Shown: positions 11,942 to 24,412 of the stretch, one piece after another
Layout of the letters: every line of letters begins with the position of its first letter
How positions within the stretch are numbered: position 1 is the first letter of the stretch
Source: Lytechinus pictus
Lineage: Eukaryota
Length of the DNA stretch: 64,000 nt
Direction of reading: 5' to 3'
NCBI RefSeq assembly: GCF_037042905.1
Contig: NC_087252.1
Span: forward strand, 17,920,001 to 17,984,000
The notes under the pieces: model-generated
What the model saw: the letters and a program-made list of their open reading frames with translations, nothing else
Databases searched by the model: none
What the model was told of the DNA's origin: nothing
Position numbers and translations under genes: made by a program

Positions 11942-13813
11942 ATGGCGACACTTGAGCATACTGTTTTGCAAAGTTTAAAGTGTCCGGTTTGTTCTGGTTT
12001 GCTGAATGAACCAAAACAACTGTCATGTACACACACATTTTGTCAAAAATGTATTCAAGGTATTCTAGCATGCTCTGTACAGAGGAATACTTTATCATGT
12101 CCAATATGTAGCAACCGAACTAATGTCACAGATGGCGATGTTGCGAATCTTAAAATTAATACACCTGTTAAGTCACTTGTTGATGACTTCAGGAATAGTA
12201 GGCAGCTCTGTGACGTGTGTGACAACCGAGCAAGTGCCACATACTTCTGTTGCGAGTGTGCTAAGAACATGTGTAATGAATGTCTGCAAGCTCATGACAC
12301 ATGGAAACCTAATCTTAATCACAAAGTAGTGAGGGTTGAAGACATCAGGAAGGGTAGGGTAGTCTTAAAGAAGAAGGTTTACTGTCAAGAAGAAGTACAT
12401 AAATCTGAAGAGTACGAGTGCTCTGACGTATGCACGACATGTAAGAAGCTCATTTGCATAAGATGTCGTATGCTCTACCACGAGAAAAAGGGCCACGATG
12501 TGGAAGATATACGACAGCACAATTCGTCTTTCAAGAAGAGCTCTGAGTTACTTCAGGGTACAGGAAAGAAAAAAGTTACAAGAGTCAAGAATCATATGAC
12601 CTGTATTGATAATCAAATCAAACGTGTTCACAATCACATTAATGCGGAAAATGTGAAGCTTGACAATATTAGTGAAGAAGCTATGAAGAAAATAAATGAG
12701 AGAAATGCTACCTTGAAAAGGCAATTAGAAGATCAGAGAGAAAAATTATGCAAGAGTTTAAATAATATGAAAATTGATGATGAGAGGTTGATTAAGAGTA
12801 TTGAGAGTGCGAGAGAATTGGTGAGTAATACTTTGAAAGCCCCACTAGAAGGAGATGTTGTAGCGATTCGTGGTTCATTGATTGGTGAATTGAAGAATGT
12901 ACTAGATAGAGATGATCCAAAGGTAAAGGTTGCTATTAATGAAGGTGATCATGCAGAGGAACTGACTTTTACACCGAGCTGCAATCCTGATGCATTATCA
13001 ATGGGGGAACTGAGGATTGTGAATTACGAGCCCGCGAAATGCAATGTACTACTCTCAAAGAAAGATAGTATGAATGGCATGGTGACTTCAAAGAATGGCA
13101 TAGTTGCTGTTGGATCAAGATTTGGAGGAATCGAAATCTACTCTGCTGATGGTCAGCTGCAGAAGACAGTCATTAAAGATTTATGGATACGTGAAATAGG
13201 ATTCCTCTCTGATAGTCGATATGTTTTACTTGATACAAATAATAAGATATCACTGTACACATCAGACGAAGAGAAGCAGGATCTATCATTCGATACTATA
13301 GGGGATAGTGAAGGTGAGTCTGGTGGTCTCACTGTAGACAGCAATGATCTGATCTATGTTAGCTACAGGAAAGCTAAGAAGATCCAGGTATTCTCACCAT
13401 CAGGTGGGAAGGCTATCAGGGAGATACCATGCGATTGGTATGAACCTGCACAAATCAAAAGTTATGGTGATTCATTGATCGTTAAGCAGTTCAAGAATCG
13501 AATAGCACGTATTGATAAGGACGGTAATATAATGCATAGATTATGGAAACCTAAGGAAATTTACCTCGTTGCTGATGTGACTAAAGACAATACAACCCTG
13601 ATTGCCTCTGTAAGACACGAGGACGGCCTGCTCAATATCGATGAGTACACCGGTGAGCTGAAACACATCAAGACTCTTATATCTGATTACAAGATTGAAA
13701 AACCTGAGAGAGAATGGTATTACCTAAGACAGTTTCAATCAGGAGAGATAGCTTTCTGTACACCGGATAGGCTCTATATATTTAACCTAGTTACTAGTAA
13801 AGTTACCTCGTAA
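11942..13813 (+). CDS. Tripartite-motif E3 ubiquitin ligase (RING, B-box1, B-box2, coiled coil, NHL-like beta-propeller), 623 aa, single coding exon
   Basis: C3HC4 RING (CPVC..CTHTFCQKC..CPIC), B-boxes (CDVC..CCEC..C..C..H..H and C..H..C..C..C..C..H..H), a heptad region, and C-terminal repeats such as GGLTVDSNDLIYVS..KIQVFS. A likely 5' UTR acceptor (TTTTTATCTCAG) lies near 11754. Confidence 0.95.
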   Translation: MATLEHTVLQSLKCPVCSGLLNEPKQLSCTHTFCQKCIQGILACSVQRNTLSCPICSNRTNVTDGDVANLKINTPVKSLVDDFRNSRQLCDVCDNRASATYFCCECAKNMCNECLQAHDTWKPNLNHKVVRVEDIRKGRVVLKKKVYCQEEVHKSEEYECSDVCTTCKKLICIRCRMLYHEKKGHDVEDIRQHNSSFKKSSELLQGTGKKKVTRVKNHMTCIDNQIKRVHNHINAENVKLDNISEEAMKKINERNATLKRQLEDQREKLCKSLNNMKIDDERLIKSIESARELVSNTLKAPLEGDVVAIRGSLIGELKNVLDRDDPKVKVAINEGDHAEELTFTPSCNPDALSMGELRIVNYEPAKCNVLLSKKDSMNGMVTSKNGIVAVGSRFGGIEIYSADGQLQKTVIKDLWIREIGFLSDSRYVLLDTNNKISLYTSDEEKQDLSFDTIGDSEGESGGLTVDSNDLIYVSYRKAKKIQVFSPSGGKAIREIPCDWYEPAQIKSYGDSLIVKQFKNRIARIDKDGNIMHRLWKPKEIYLVADVTKDNTTLIASVRHEDGLLNIDEYTGELKHIKTLISDYKIEKPEREWYYLRQFQSGEIAFCTPDRLYIFNLVTSKVTS

Positions 13814-14422
13814 GAATATTATGTTTCGACCTTCAAGCGCCAATTATTTTCCTACTTTACAAATTCATCAATTCACCAGTATCAATGTTAATCTTGGTAG
13901 TTATGTTCCATTAATGTCAAGAATCAAGAATCTTAATTCATTCCATTCGATAAAATAATCACGTGTACAAAAGAATAGTAAAACGCAAAAGTACATGATA
14001 TACAACCATAAACAATTCATAATTATTACACATAGAGGAGCGTAATCGAATGAAATATGGCACTCTCCAAAAGTTAGAAAAGAATTGAACGTCATTTGAA
14101 GAAGCTCTGCCCAAAGTTGTATCCCAACTGTATCATTTGTAACAGTTTAAGGCATGTCTGGTTAGTGGTTACGTAGATTTCACTACTCCTACATTAATAT
14201 TTACCATTCTTAACAAAATAGAGTTTAACCGTTTAATACTGAAATTTCCATTTTTTGTAGAAAATATTTGAACAAAGTAATTTCTTTCTTTGAAATTATA
14301 ATTAATTTTACACATTACACATATTTCTTAGTTAGAAAGAAATATGTTCCAACATAAATACATGTGTATGACATCAAATCAATATTGAAAAGTGAAATAC
14401 AACTGAATACGTTGATTATTCC

Positions 14423-14650
14423 CAGGGGCGGATCCGGGATTTTCCAAAGGGGAGGGCGCAAATTTTTCGGAGGGAAATTTTAACGAGGAAATTAAAAAAG
14501 AAAAAAAAAAGGTCTTCAATTTCAAAAGAGGGGGCACACCTCTGTTTTAATGGAATTTTTACATAACACATTTTAATTTTGATTCTCAAGGTGGTGGTGG
14601 GAGGGACGGGCCGGGTGTACCCCCACCCCCCCCCCCTGGATCCGCCAGTG
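14423..14650. mobile_element. hAT-like MITE
   Basis: TIRs CAGGGGCGGATCC / GGATCCGCCAGTG and an exact 8-bp TSD ATTATTCC. A relative lies at 38644-38833. Confidence 0.8.
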
Positions 14651-17239
14651 ATTATTCCGAAAGATTAAAACATATAATCATTTCATGAATAATGTTTACT
14701 TGCTTGATGAAGTAATAAATGCTCTATGAGATACTAGTAGACGACTGACGTTGAAAACGTGACCAGTAATGAGTCTGGTATCCTTACGTACAAATAAAAG
14801 ACTTTTAAAATGTATGATTTAGGTTGAGATGGGGATTAATGTTTACAAGTCCAAAATGATGCAAGTACGTATCTTGGGGGGATAGGCCATGACATCCTCA
14901 GAGCATAAAAACAAGGAAACAATAAAACCTACAATCTAAGAAAATCAAAAGCAATGATTAGTTGCAATATCAAACAGTTTGACCTCAACAAAAAAACAGT
15001 CCACAGACATCAGATCAATCCGGCAAAAATCCGGATGTTGGAAAATCCTGGCGAAAGTTTGCAAATAACTTGACTTTTCATAGACACAAGTGGAGAGAAG
15101 CGAGTTGGTAAACATGATACACGTGACGTGATAACGGTGGCTTCCAAACTGTAGAGTAACACTTACTTTTGTATATTCTTCATCCCTACGATGTTTGGTT
15201 TGTTTAATAATGCTGGTAAGATTATTGTAAATTGTAATATAAGAAATTCATGCATATGATGAAAATTTCCAATAACCGTAGATGATTTAGAAAGGTGGTG
15301 TATATTTCACTTCTAGATGGTTTTTTCTTGTGTTGTATACCCTTTGGGTACTATGGTAAATGATTTCAATGCATTTATAAGTTTATTCATAATCATTTTC
15401 ATGCCATAATCCTGTTATATGGCATGTTCTCGATATTATTAATAACATAAATAAAATCGATGAGCAATGACAATAAACATACAAGTCTAATTCGATGTCT
15501 ATACAAACGGAAATAATAAGAACCTCAATTTCAATCATGACATCTCAAATCGGAATAACCTTCGCTTAAAATGTAAAACAGAAATGTCCAATCATTTTGT
15601 TCAGAGCTTAAGAATGAAGGGAGCAATAGTGATAACATAAACCTATAATTACATGTACATATTTCGTTTAGTTATCAATAACGTTTATTGCACTTTTAGA
15701 TTGCATTAAGCCGTGTAATAAATTTAATCACTTATATTTGGTTAATTTGAACTTCAAATGCACATGGTACTTACAAATCTTTGCCAATTCTGTGAGGGAT
15801 CCACACTCATCAAGCCCTGCCTTTTATTGGATACTTTGATTTCCTCAACTTTTATTTTATTTAAAACAAAAATGTATAAAAGTAGCCTTACAAACACATA
15901 TTAACTGTATGTATCGTTATTGATTCTGATTATCACATTGTTTAGTGTTTTACCATAAACACTTATCTTGTATAGTCATATTGCTTACATTGTATGTTGA
16001 TTTGTATAGATTTGTACGGTTATTACTTTGCACCTTTGATACCATTTAATATGATGTGTATAGTTGAGTTGAGAAGATTGAATAAATCAAACTTAAAACT
16101 TGAACTTGTTTTAAGATTGCCCAATCGAATAAGAAAAAAGTTCAGCTTGTTTCATACTGTTTTTCTGAAACTGTATTGTTCATTCTTCATCTCGTGTAAA
16201 ACACGAAGTGTAAATTGTTGACCGAAGGTACTGTAATCATACATAGCACTTACCCTTGCTAATTCCGCAGTTATTTCGCCAAACAAATGTATAGTAAATC
16301 GACAATTTTACTTGCATTGTATCATGTTTGATCTTCTTAAATCATTCAATCATAAAACTGATTTTTCGATTTTATGACCATCGGTTAAACGTTCCAAATG
16401 AACTTGTAGATAGAAAATATTAGAATACAGATTAATTTGAATGGTGCCATTGAATCCATGTGTTCAAGAAGATGCTTAAGTCTCATTTGCTTTGATATAT
16501 TACATGGGGTGTTCATTTCGTCTAGTTTTGTTTGAAGATATTGCCTATTGTTGTATTTGTTTTCGTCATTATGTATAGTGCTTTATAAGAATTCTAATGA
16601 TAATGATTATTATTAATATGATTATTATTATTGAAATGGAGACCGGCGAAAAGCGAGACTTGTAGAAACACTGCCGAATGAACGATCTTTTATAAATAAA
16701 ATAAGAGAGCAAACGTAGAGCAGACATGTAAATGGTAAAAAAATGAATTTTAGGAGATGGTGAAAATAAATTATTGTATATTAATAAAACATACGTCGGG
16801 AGGATTATGGGTCTTCAAAAGGCAAGGAATAAGAGAAACAAAAATGAATAGGAAGAAAGAATGACAAAATTAAAGGTATTAGTGGGATGAAAGAAAGGGG
16901 GAAAACAACTTAAAGGTTATAAGATTGTTATCAGTTTATCCTATAAACTACTGTAAAGGTGCATGGTTATATATTGCATCTTAAATATCCATAAAGGTTA
17001 TCAATTCTTTTTTGATATGTGTAAAATGTTATTACGTAATTTTGCTGTTTAAGTGTAATGTTCTTAAGCTTAAGCTCTCCATCATATTCAGCGAAATGAA
17101 AAAAAAGAGCTATAGATAGAAAAGTATATTATGCATGGGTTTGATGTAACTCGAGACTGGAATCATGGTGGATTTCATTATTTACTTGAAATATATTGCT
17201 AAAGATGTTTTGTAGTTGTTAAACCAATACAATTCTTAT

Positions 17240-17397
17240 GGGCCCCGTTTCATAAAGGACTTGCAACTGTTGTAACTTTGCCATTATGACAACTACCATG
17301 GAAACCTTGACTATGATTGGCTGCTGAGCCCTGTTACTATGGTAGTTGCATGATGGCAAAGTTACAACAGTTGCAAGTCCTTTACGAAACGGGCCCC
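17240..17397. mobile_element. Palindromic Harbinger/Tourist-like MITE
   Basis: Long TIRs GGGCCCCGTTTCATAAAGGACTTGCAAC / GTTGCAAGTCCTTTACGAAACGGGCCCC. Confidence 0.75.
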
Positions 17398-17705
17398 TGG
17401 TGTTGGTGATTTACATGAATAATGATTTGCATAGCGGTTTGTTTTAAAATTAACAACTCTTTATCTATACGATATACCGTGCTGTTTCCCCTTGATAGAA
17501 TTTCGGTTGTTCAATGCGGAGGGGAAAAAATAAATGCTACAAAGTAATGATTACATTGTTTTTAGATATTACCTTACATATATTATTAGTGTTATGATAA
17601 ATTTCAATGACACTTTTCCATTTTTAAGTGTGCATAAAATCATTGTTCTATAGCTACCTAGTGTTCTGAATGTTATCTATCAAAATAGGATGAGGCAGGT
17701 CATAA

Positions 17706-17848
17706 GGGATCCGTTGCAGAAAGAGTTGCATTTAAACGCAAGTCAAAAAGTCAATCACAAGTCCCAAATGCGCGCTGTTGATTGGTTGAAAATCAAGTTG
17801 CGCATTTTTAGAGTTGCGATTGATCGCAACTCTTTCTGCAACGGGCCC
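17706..17848. mobile_element. Palindromic Harbinger/Tourist-like MITE
   Basis: TIRs CCGTTGCAGAAAGAGTTGC / GCAACTCTTTCTGCAACGG. Confidence 0.7.
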
Positions 17849-19229
17849 AATATGTATTAAATGTTCTTTTTGCCTCTGAAGCTGGAAGAAATGTATTGAT
17901 TCTAATCCTTTTAGCAATTGATTGAATATCTGACAATGGTTTCTGTGTAAGTTTCTACGTATAATAATCATGATAATAGTGATTGTTTGATCATATTTTA
18001 TTATTCTTTTAATGCTTGTGGATACTCTGTGTTTGGGAGCGGTTTGCTTGACCATTCGTTTTGCAGTATCACTTTTACTCTTATATTTTTCTTGTTATTC
18101 TGATTTGGATTTGGTTTGGGAGGTTTGGGGAAGAAACCCTGTGGGTTATGTTTTTTTTTTAAGTTTACGTTTTCCATATCCAGGCAGCCTCTACAACTTT
18201 CATCCAGCAGATAGTATATACACAACAAAAAAGGCCCCCCTTGAACAAACATCCATAATTTCCGAACCACTGGGAGTTTTTAATATTTTTTTTACATGAG
18301 CGAGTAGGTAATTTTATAGGCTACCGTCCTGGTGAATTTTACGAACGTATTATATGTTATGTTTCAGTGAGCACCGGCAGAATGCAAAAATTGGCACCGA
18401 TCAATCTCATTTTCCCCCAAGAGTTACTCAATGAGTGTAAAAAAATCACCTATGAAATATTATATCTCGAAATTATTCCGTTCAAAAGTTACAGCATTTT
18501 GATGTAGGGGGGACTTAGTTTTTTTATTGTGTTTATTTTTTTCATGAAATATTCTCATTGACTTGTTTCTATAATTATGTAACTCTGTATTCTCTGTGTA
18601 TTTTTAAATGCCGAATAAATAAGAAACAACAATGACGATGATGATGATGGTAGTAGTAGTACACTCTTAATAATGTTAGGCAACATACTGTCCACATAAC
18701 GATTAGTTAAAACTTTATTCAATTCTGAGTATTTTTTAACCAATTAGGTGTGCTTTGGGTGAAAACTACACGGTATTGGTTGAAAACTACCCAGTTGGAT
18801 ATTTTTGTTTAGCCAATTGTTGTGTGAACAGTATGTTGCCCAACATTTTAAGAGTGTAGTAATGACAATGATAATTATGATAATAATAACGATAACAATA
18901 ACAACAATAAATGAAGATACAATTCGATGATCTATGCAAGTCACTGACATAAAGAATAAAAAAAAAATGAGGGGAGAGAATGGAGCCGCGAAGGAATTCC
19001 CAATTTATGTATATATCTTTGTTCTGACAAGTGATTTTTTATGCATACGAAGGTTTTGTAGACCACATTTCTTAGGTAATAAATTCATTATTTCTACTAA
19101 AAAGCTTCAGATCTGGATTCATTGAAAATGTTTTATATGGAAGAAAGGATGAGGTTGGAAGATTAATTTGTGTGTAGTGATATTGAGCGTGCATGATGTC
19201 AAAGATTTGTTTAGATATAGTGACCAATT

Positions 19230-20290
19230 ATAATGGTTGAGAATTATGATGGTGTCGGATACGAGGGTGTGGGGTTGTGACAGTGGTCATGTTCTTGATG
19301 TTCTTGTAAGTGTAGTGGTGACTCATTGAGGTAATACTGATGAGTCCGATAAAGATAAAAGTGGAAGCAGCGCTCTTGATGATGATGATGATGATGCTGC
19401 TGATGATGACGATTCTGCTGCTGCTGATAATGATCATTGCGCTGATGGTGCAGGTGGTGATTGTGGCAGTGGTGGTGATTATATGTTCGTAAGGAAGAAG
19501 ATAAAAGTGGTAGTGTTGATAATGATAATGGTTGTGGCGATGGTTATAATGGCGATGAAAGAGGTGGTGAATGGCAGTCGTTAATAAAGAAGATAATCAT
19601 ACTATGATGAATGTGATATTGCTTATTCTGACGATCAACATAGTGGTAGTAGTAAGGGCGGAGGCTGAATTGAGCATGGGGAGGTGCACATCCTGGGAAG
19701 GTGAAAACAAAGGGGTATGGGTGGGGCACATCTTGGGGAGGTATCACTAAATTGTGGAAAATCAGCTGTTGAAAGCAGAAGGGCCCCGTTTTGCTTGCCA
19801 GTGTCTGAACTCATATGCCTCAGCGGGAGGGTGCACGTGCACCCAATCCACCCCAGCCTACGCCCTTGCTCTCCACGGAGAATTATTCTATTGTTACTGG
19901 GGGTGCTGAGCATTGTCACAGCACACCAGTAACGATAGATAATGCTCCGTGGGTAGGTCCATGTCATTACGTTAGTTATGATTCTAACGATGGTGGTGAT
20001 GTTTTAATGGTGTTTTGATGAAGGTGCGACATCGATGTAATGGTGATGATGTCGATGTAGATAAAAGTAACAGCGTTGTTGCCGTTGCTGCTGTCGTTGA
20101 TGATGATTGTGATGGTGATGAAAATTAAGGTGATAAAAATGTTGGGATAAGGACGATGAGGTGATGCAGTCAATGGCCATGACAATAACAATGATGATAT
20201 TGATTGCAAAAAAATATCATGGAAACATAAATTGTGATGACGGCGGTGATGAAAAATATATATCATGTCGATGAAGATCAAGTGATGATA
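19230..20290. repeat. Degenerate (GAT/GGT)n low-complexity region with embedded repeat fragments
   Basis: Runs of GATGATGAT and variants explain the many Ile/His-rich spurious ORFs. Confidence 0.7.
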
Positions 20291-21629
20291 TTGCTGTATT
20301 CTGTCTTAAAAACAGTTACTAATGATCCAATCAACCACGACTATAGAAAGCCAGCAACGTCATCATTTAAAAACACGTTTGTTCACAATATTTTTAGATA
20401 TGTACATACATTCATTTGTTTTCTTTAAATTCAATGAACTTCGTTTTGTTTTCAAAGGACATTGCCCAAATTTCCGAAAGAAAAACATCGCCGGATTTCC
20501 ATATTCTTGAGGTTGATCGGATCTATCGTATCTCTTTGTGAGACGGGGTCCTGTTGGTGATGGGGTTACACGGGCCTAATTTAAACTGGCAGGCAAAAGA
20601 TATTCATTCGAGCCAACCCATTCTCAATTTTTAAATTTGATATTGCCGACTGACAAAAATTAATGAATATGATTTACAATCTAACACTGATTCTAGGGAG
20701 GGTACCTACTGACCTTCCCTTTTTCATAATTGGGAAGATATATCACCACTTTGGAACTATTTTTTTAACTGGCCGAAGAATTAGGGCCATTCTACTGTCT
20801 CAAGTGATGAATTTGGTCCTGTCAGGTGTGGTCTTCATAAATGCCGATTTATTTTTAAAATGAGCCGGTCGAGGTACCATTTTGTGATCAAATATGGAAT
20901 GTCAGACATAAATATCCTATCCACTGGTAGTAAACATTCAACCCTCGAATTTCATCCTTATTTTATTATTTGTCAAAGTATCACTTTAACACACGAGTCT
21001 AAGAGCATGGACCTAGGAAGCGAGAGTCCTGGCCTGGGGATGCTGAAGCATCCCAAGATTTCCCTTGGGGGGTGCTTCGTGTATTATTTTCCATAGGCAG
21101 CCCCCATGAATTCTGGACGGTGTGACATAATGGAAAATCTAACCAAAATTACCTACATTTTTGTCAAATTTCTTGGGACGAAAATGACCTTTATTTTGGA
21201 AGATTTTTTTTTCTTTTGCTGGTCAAATTGACATCAGCACCATGCATGGCGACAATCCCAGGGGGACGCATCCCCCCCCCCCCCCCCAATTTTTTGAAAG
21301 TGGGACACAATATCTAATGTTCCCCCTGGCCACTACTTGTAGAAGGGGCAAAGAAAAGAAAAAAAGGAAGGAAAGAAAGAAAGAAAAAGAAATGAAAACA
21401 GGAGAAAATGACGAGTGGATAAAAATAAGGTGAGACATTTTCCATATTACTATATAAAATTTTCACTCACACTTCGTGCTTGCATTGTCTGTTCTAGACT
21501 TGCTCACTAGGTTGATATGGAGCTTAAAATATCAAGGGTTTTAAGTATATAATTTATACAAAAAATTTATCTGACATGATTGCAAAATATATTTAACATG
21601 TCCCGGTCCTAGGTCAAAATTATGATTTA

Positions 21630-24000
21630 AAAAATATCAGCTCGCGCTTCGCGTTCACGTCATACATTAAGTGTGATCAATATCCAATTCAGAATTTTCC
21701 TACACAGTGCTTGAAATAGTGCATAAATTCACCCTTTTTAAATAGGAATATCAAATATTTTCAGCTCTCGCTTCGAGCTCGCATTATTGATTTTCATTAA
21801 AAAAACAATTTATTAAAAATGTAAGATATTTAGAATGCCCAGATTCGAGGTCTAAATCGAAACATGCGCACATATATTTATTGAGAAACGCAGCTTTTTC
21901 TTTATTCAAAACGTGCTTAAATGATCCAGTTTCAGATAAAAAAAATATCAAGAATTTGCTGCTCGCACTTCGCGCTCACATTATCAATGTAGGAAGACAT
22001 ATACCAAATTTCCCATCCTTTTCCTCATTTTTACAAACCATGAATAGAGTCTCCCGTTTATAGTTGTAAACCTCTTTTTTTTCGCTCGCGCTTAACACTC
22101 GCACTAATTGTATAGTTATATACCTATCCCGTTCATGATTACAACAAGTGCTTCGAATATACATGCATGTCCAGTTTTTATTTCGGGATGTCAAAAAATT
22201 TCAGCTCGCGTTTCGCGATCTCATTATTGTTTGTTGAAATATGTATCGTCTTCATGGGTAGCTGCAAAAAGTCCTTAACAGGCCCACTTTCGATCAGACC
22301 AGATCGGATATCAAAAATTCCTTCTCGCGCTTCGCGCTCTCGCAGTAAATATTTGCTACATATGCATCTTCTTCAGGATTACAAACAGTGATCAAAATGT
22401 TCAATTTTAAGGACAAAATACATAATATTTGTGTCCCCTCCCCCACCTGGTGATACGTATCATGTTCATGATTACAGTAACTACATAAAGTACTTCTTAA
22501 CGTTTATTTGTAATTCTAACAAAATCAGCAAGCACTTGGTGCTCGCATTGTATGACTATGGTGAGATATGTATGCTCTACATAAATTCCTTTAAAAAAAC
22601 AGTCTTTAAGATGCCCCTGTTTGGAGTCAGTGGGCGTATATACAAAAATTTCAACTCTGGCTTCGCGCTCGCATTGTTTGTTTAGTAAGACATTACGTAT
22701 CATGATTACCAAAATGTGCTCATTTGCTCATAATGTCCCTTTAAAGGTCTAATGTGAAAAAAAAATTATCAGCTCGCGCTTCGCGTTCACGTCATACATT
22801 AAGTGTGATCAATATCCAATTCAGAATTTTCCTACACAGTGCTTGAAATAGTGCATAAATTCACCCTGTTTAAATCGGAATATCAAATATTTTCAGCTCT
22901 CGCTTCGCGCTCGCATTATTGATTTTCATTAAAAAAAACAATTTATTAAAAATGTAAGCCTATTTAGAATGCCCAGATTCGAGGTCTAAATCGAAACATG
23001 CGCACATATATTTATTGAGAAACGCAGCTTTTTCTTTATTCAAAACGTGCTTAATTGATCCAGTTTCAGATAAAAAAAAATATCAAGAATTTGCTGCTCG
23101 CACTTCGCGGTCACATTATCAATGTAGGAAGACATATACCAAATTTCCCATCCTTTTCCTCATTTTTACAAACCATGAATAGAGTCTCCCGTTTATAGTT
23201 GTAAACCTCTTTTTTTTCGCTCGCGCTTAACACTCGCACTAATTGTATAGTTATATACCTATCCCGTTCATGATTACAACAAGTGCTTCGAATATACATG
23301 CATGTCCAGTTTTTATTTCGGGATGTCAAAAAATTTCAGCTCGCGTTTCGCGATCTCATTATTGTTTGTTGAAATATGTATCGTCTTCATGGGTAGCTGC
23401 AAAAAGTCCTTAACAGGCCCACTTTCGATCAGGCCAGATCGGATATCAAAAATTCCTTCTCGCGCTTCGCGCTCTCGCAGTAAATATTTGCTACATATGC
23501 ATCTTCTTCAGGATTACAAACAGTGATCAAAATGTTCAATTTTAAGGACAAAATACATAATATTTGTGTCCCCTCCCCCACCTTGAATAGAGATTTCCGC
23601 CCATGTTCAGCACCACCCCCCCCCCCCCCCATTAAAAAAAATCGTTCCTAGGGCCCTGGTGATACGTATCATGTTCATGATTACAGTAACTACATAAAGT
23701 ACTTCTTAACGTTTATTTGTAATTCTAACAAAATCAGCAAGCACTTGGTGCTCGCATTGTATGACTATGGTGAGATATGTATGCTCTACATAAATTCCTT
23801 TAAAAAAAACAGTCTTTAAGATGCCCCTGTTTGGAGTCAGTGGGCGTATATACAAAAATTTCAACTCTGGCTTCGCGCTCGCATTGTTTGTTTAGTAAGA
23901 CATTACGTATCATGATTACCAAAATGTGCTCATTTGCTCATAATGTCCCTTTAAAGGTCTAATGTGAAAAAAAATTATCAGCTCGCGCTTCGCGCTCGCA
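21630..24000. repeat. Recent tandem duplication (period about 1135-1210 bp) of a CTCGCGCTTCGCGCTCGC-motif repeat
   Basis: ORF pairs 21976/23111 and 22167/23302 are identical (offset 1135). The second copy has about 70 extra bp near 23583-23655. Confidence 0.9.
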
Positions 24001-24093
24001 TTATCTTATCCGTGAAATACACTAAAAGCACAGTCCTTAAAATGTCTCTATTAGGTCAGTATACCTGGCAATTGAGCGCGCTTCGCGCACCCA

Positions 24094-24340
24094 CACTGCA
24101 AAAACTCTGGTGTTGATTTAACACCAGCCCGGAATTATATACGGCCACACCAGAGAAGTGTTAAACAACACCAGTTTCGTTTTGGTCTAACACCAGATAC
24201 ATGTAGATGTTTATACAACACCAATTAGTATTAAAACAGCATCGGTTTGATTCCAAACTGGTGTTGTTTCAATATTTCTCTGGTGTGGACATATATAGAT
24301 TCCGGGCTGGTGTTAAATAAACACCGCAGTTTTTGCAGTG
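24094..24340. mobile_element. EnSpm/CACTA-like MITE
   Basis: CACTGCAAAAAC / GTTTTTGCAGTG termini, internal AACACC repeats, 2-bp TSD CA. Confidence 0.75.
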
Positions 24341-24412
24341 CAGTAAATGACAAAAAGAATTGGTGGTCCCCCCCCCCCCCCATGTCATGATGTCATGAAC
24401 CACGGCGCGCCG

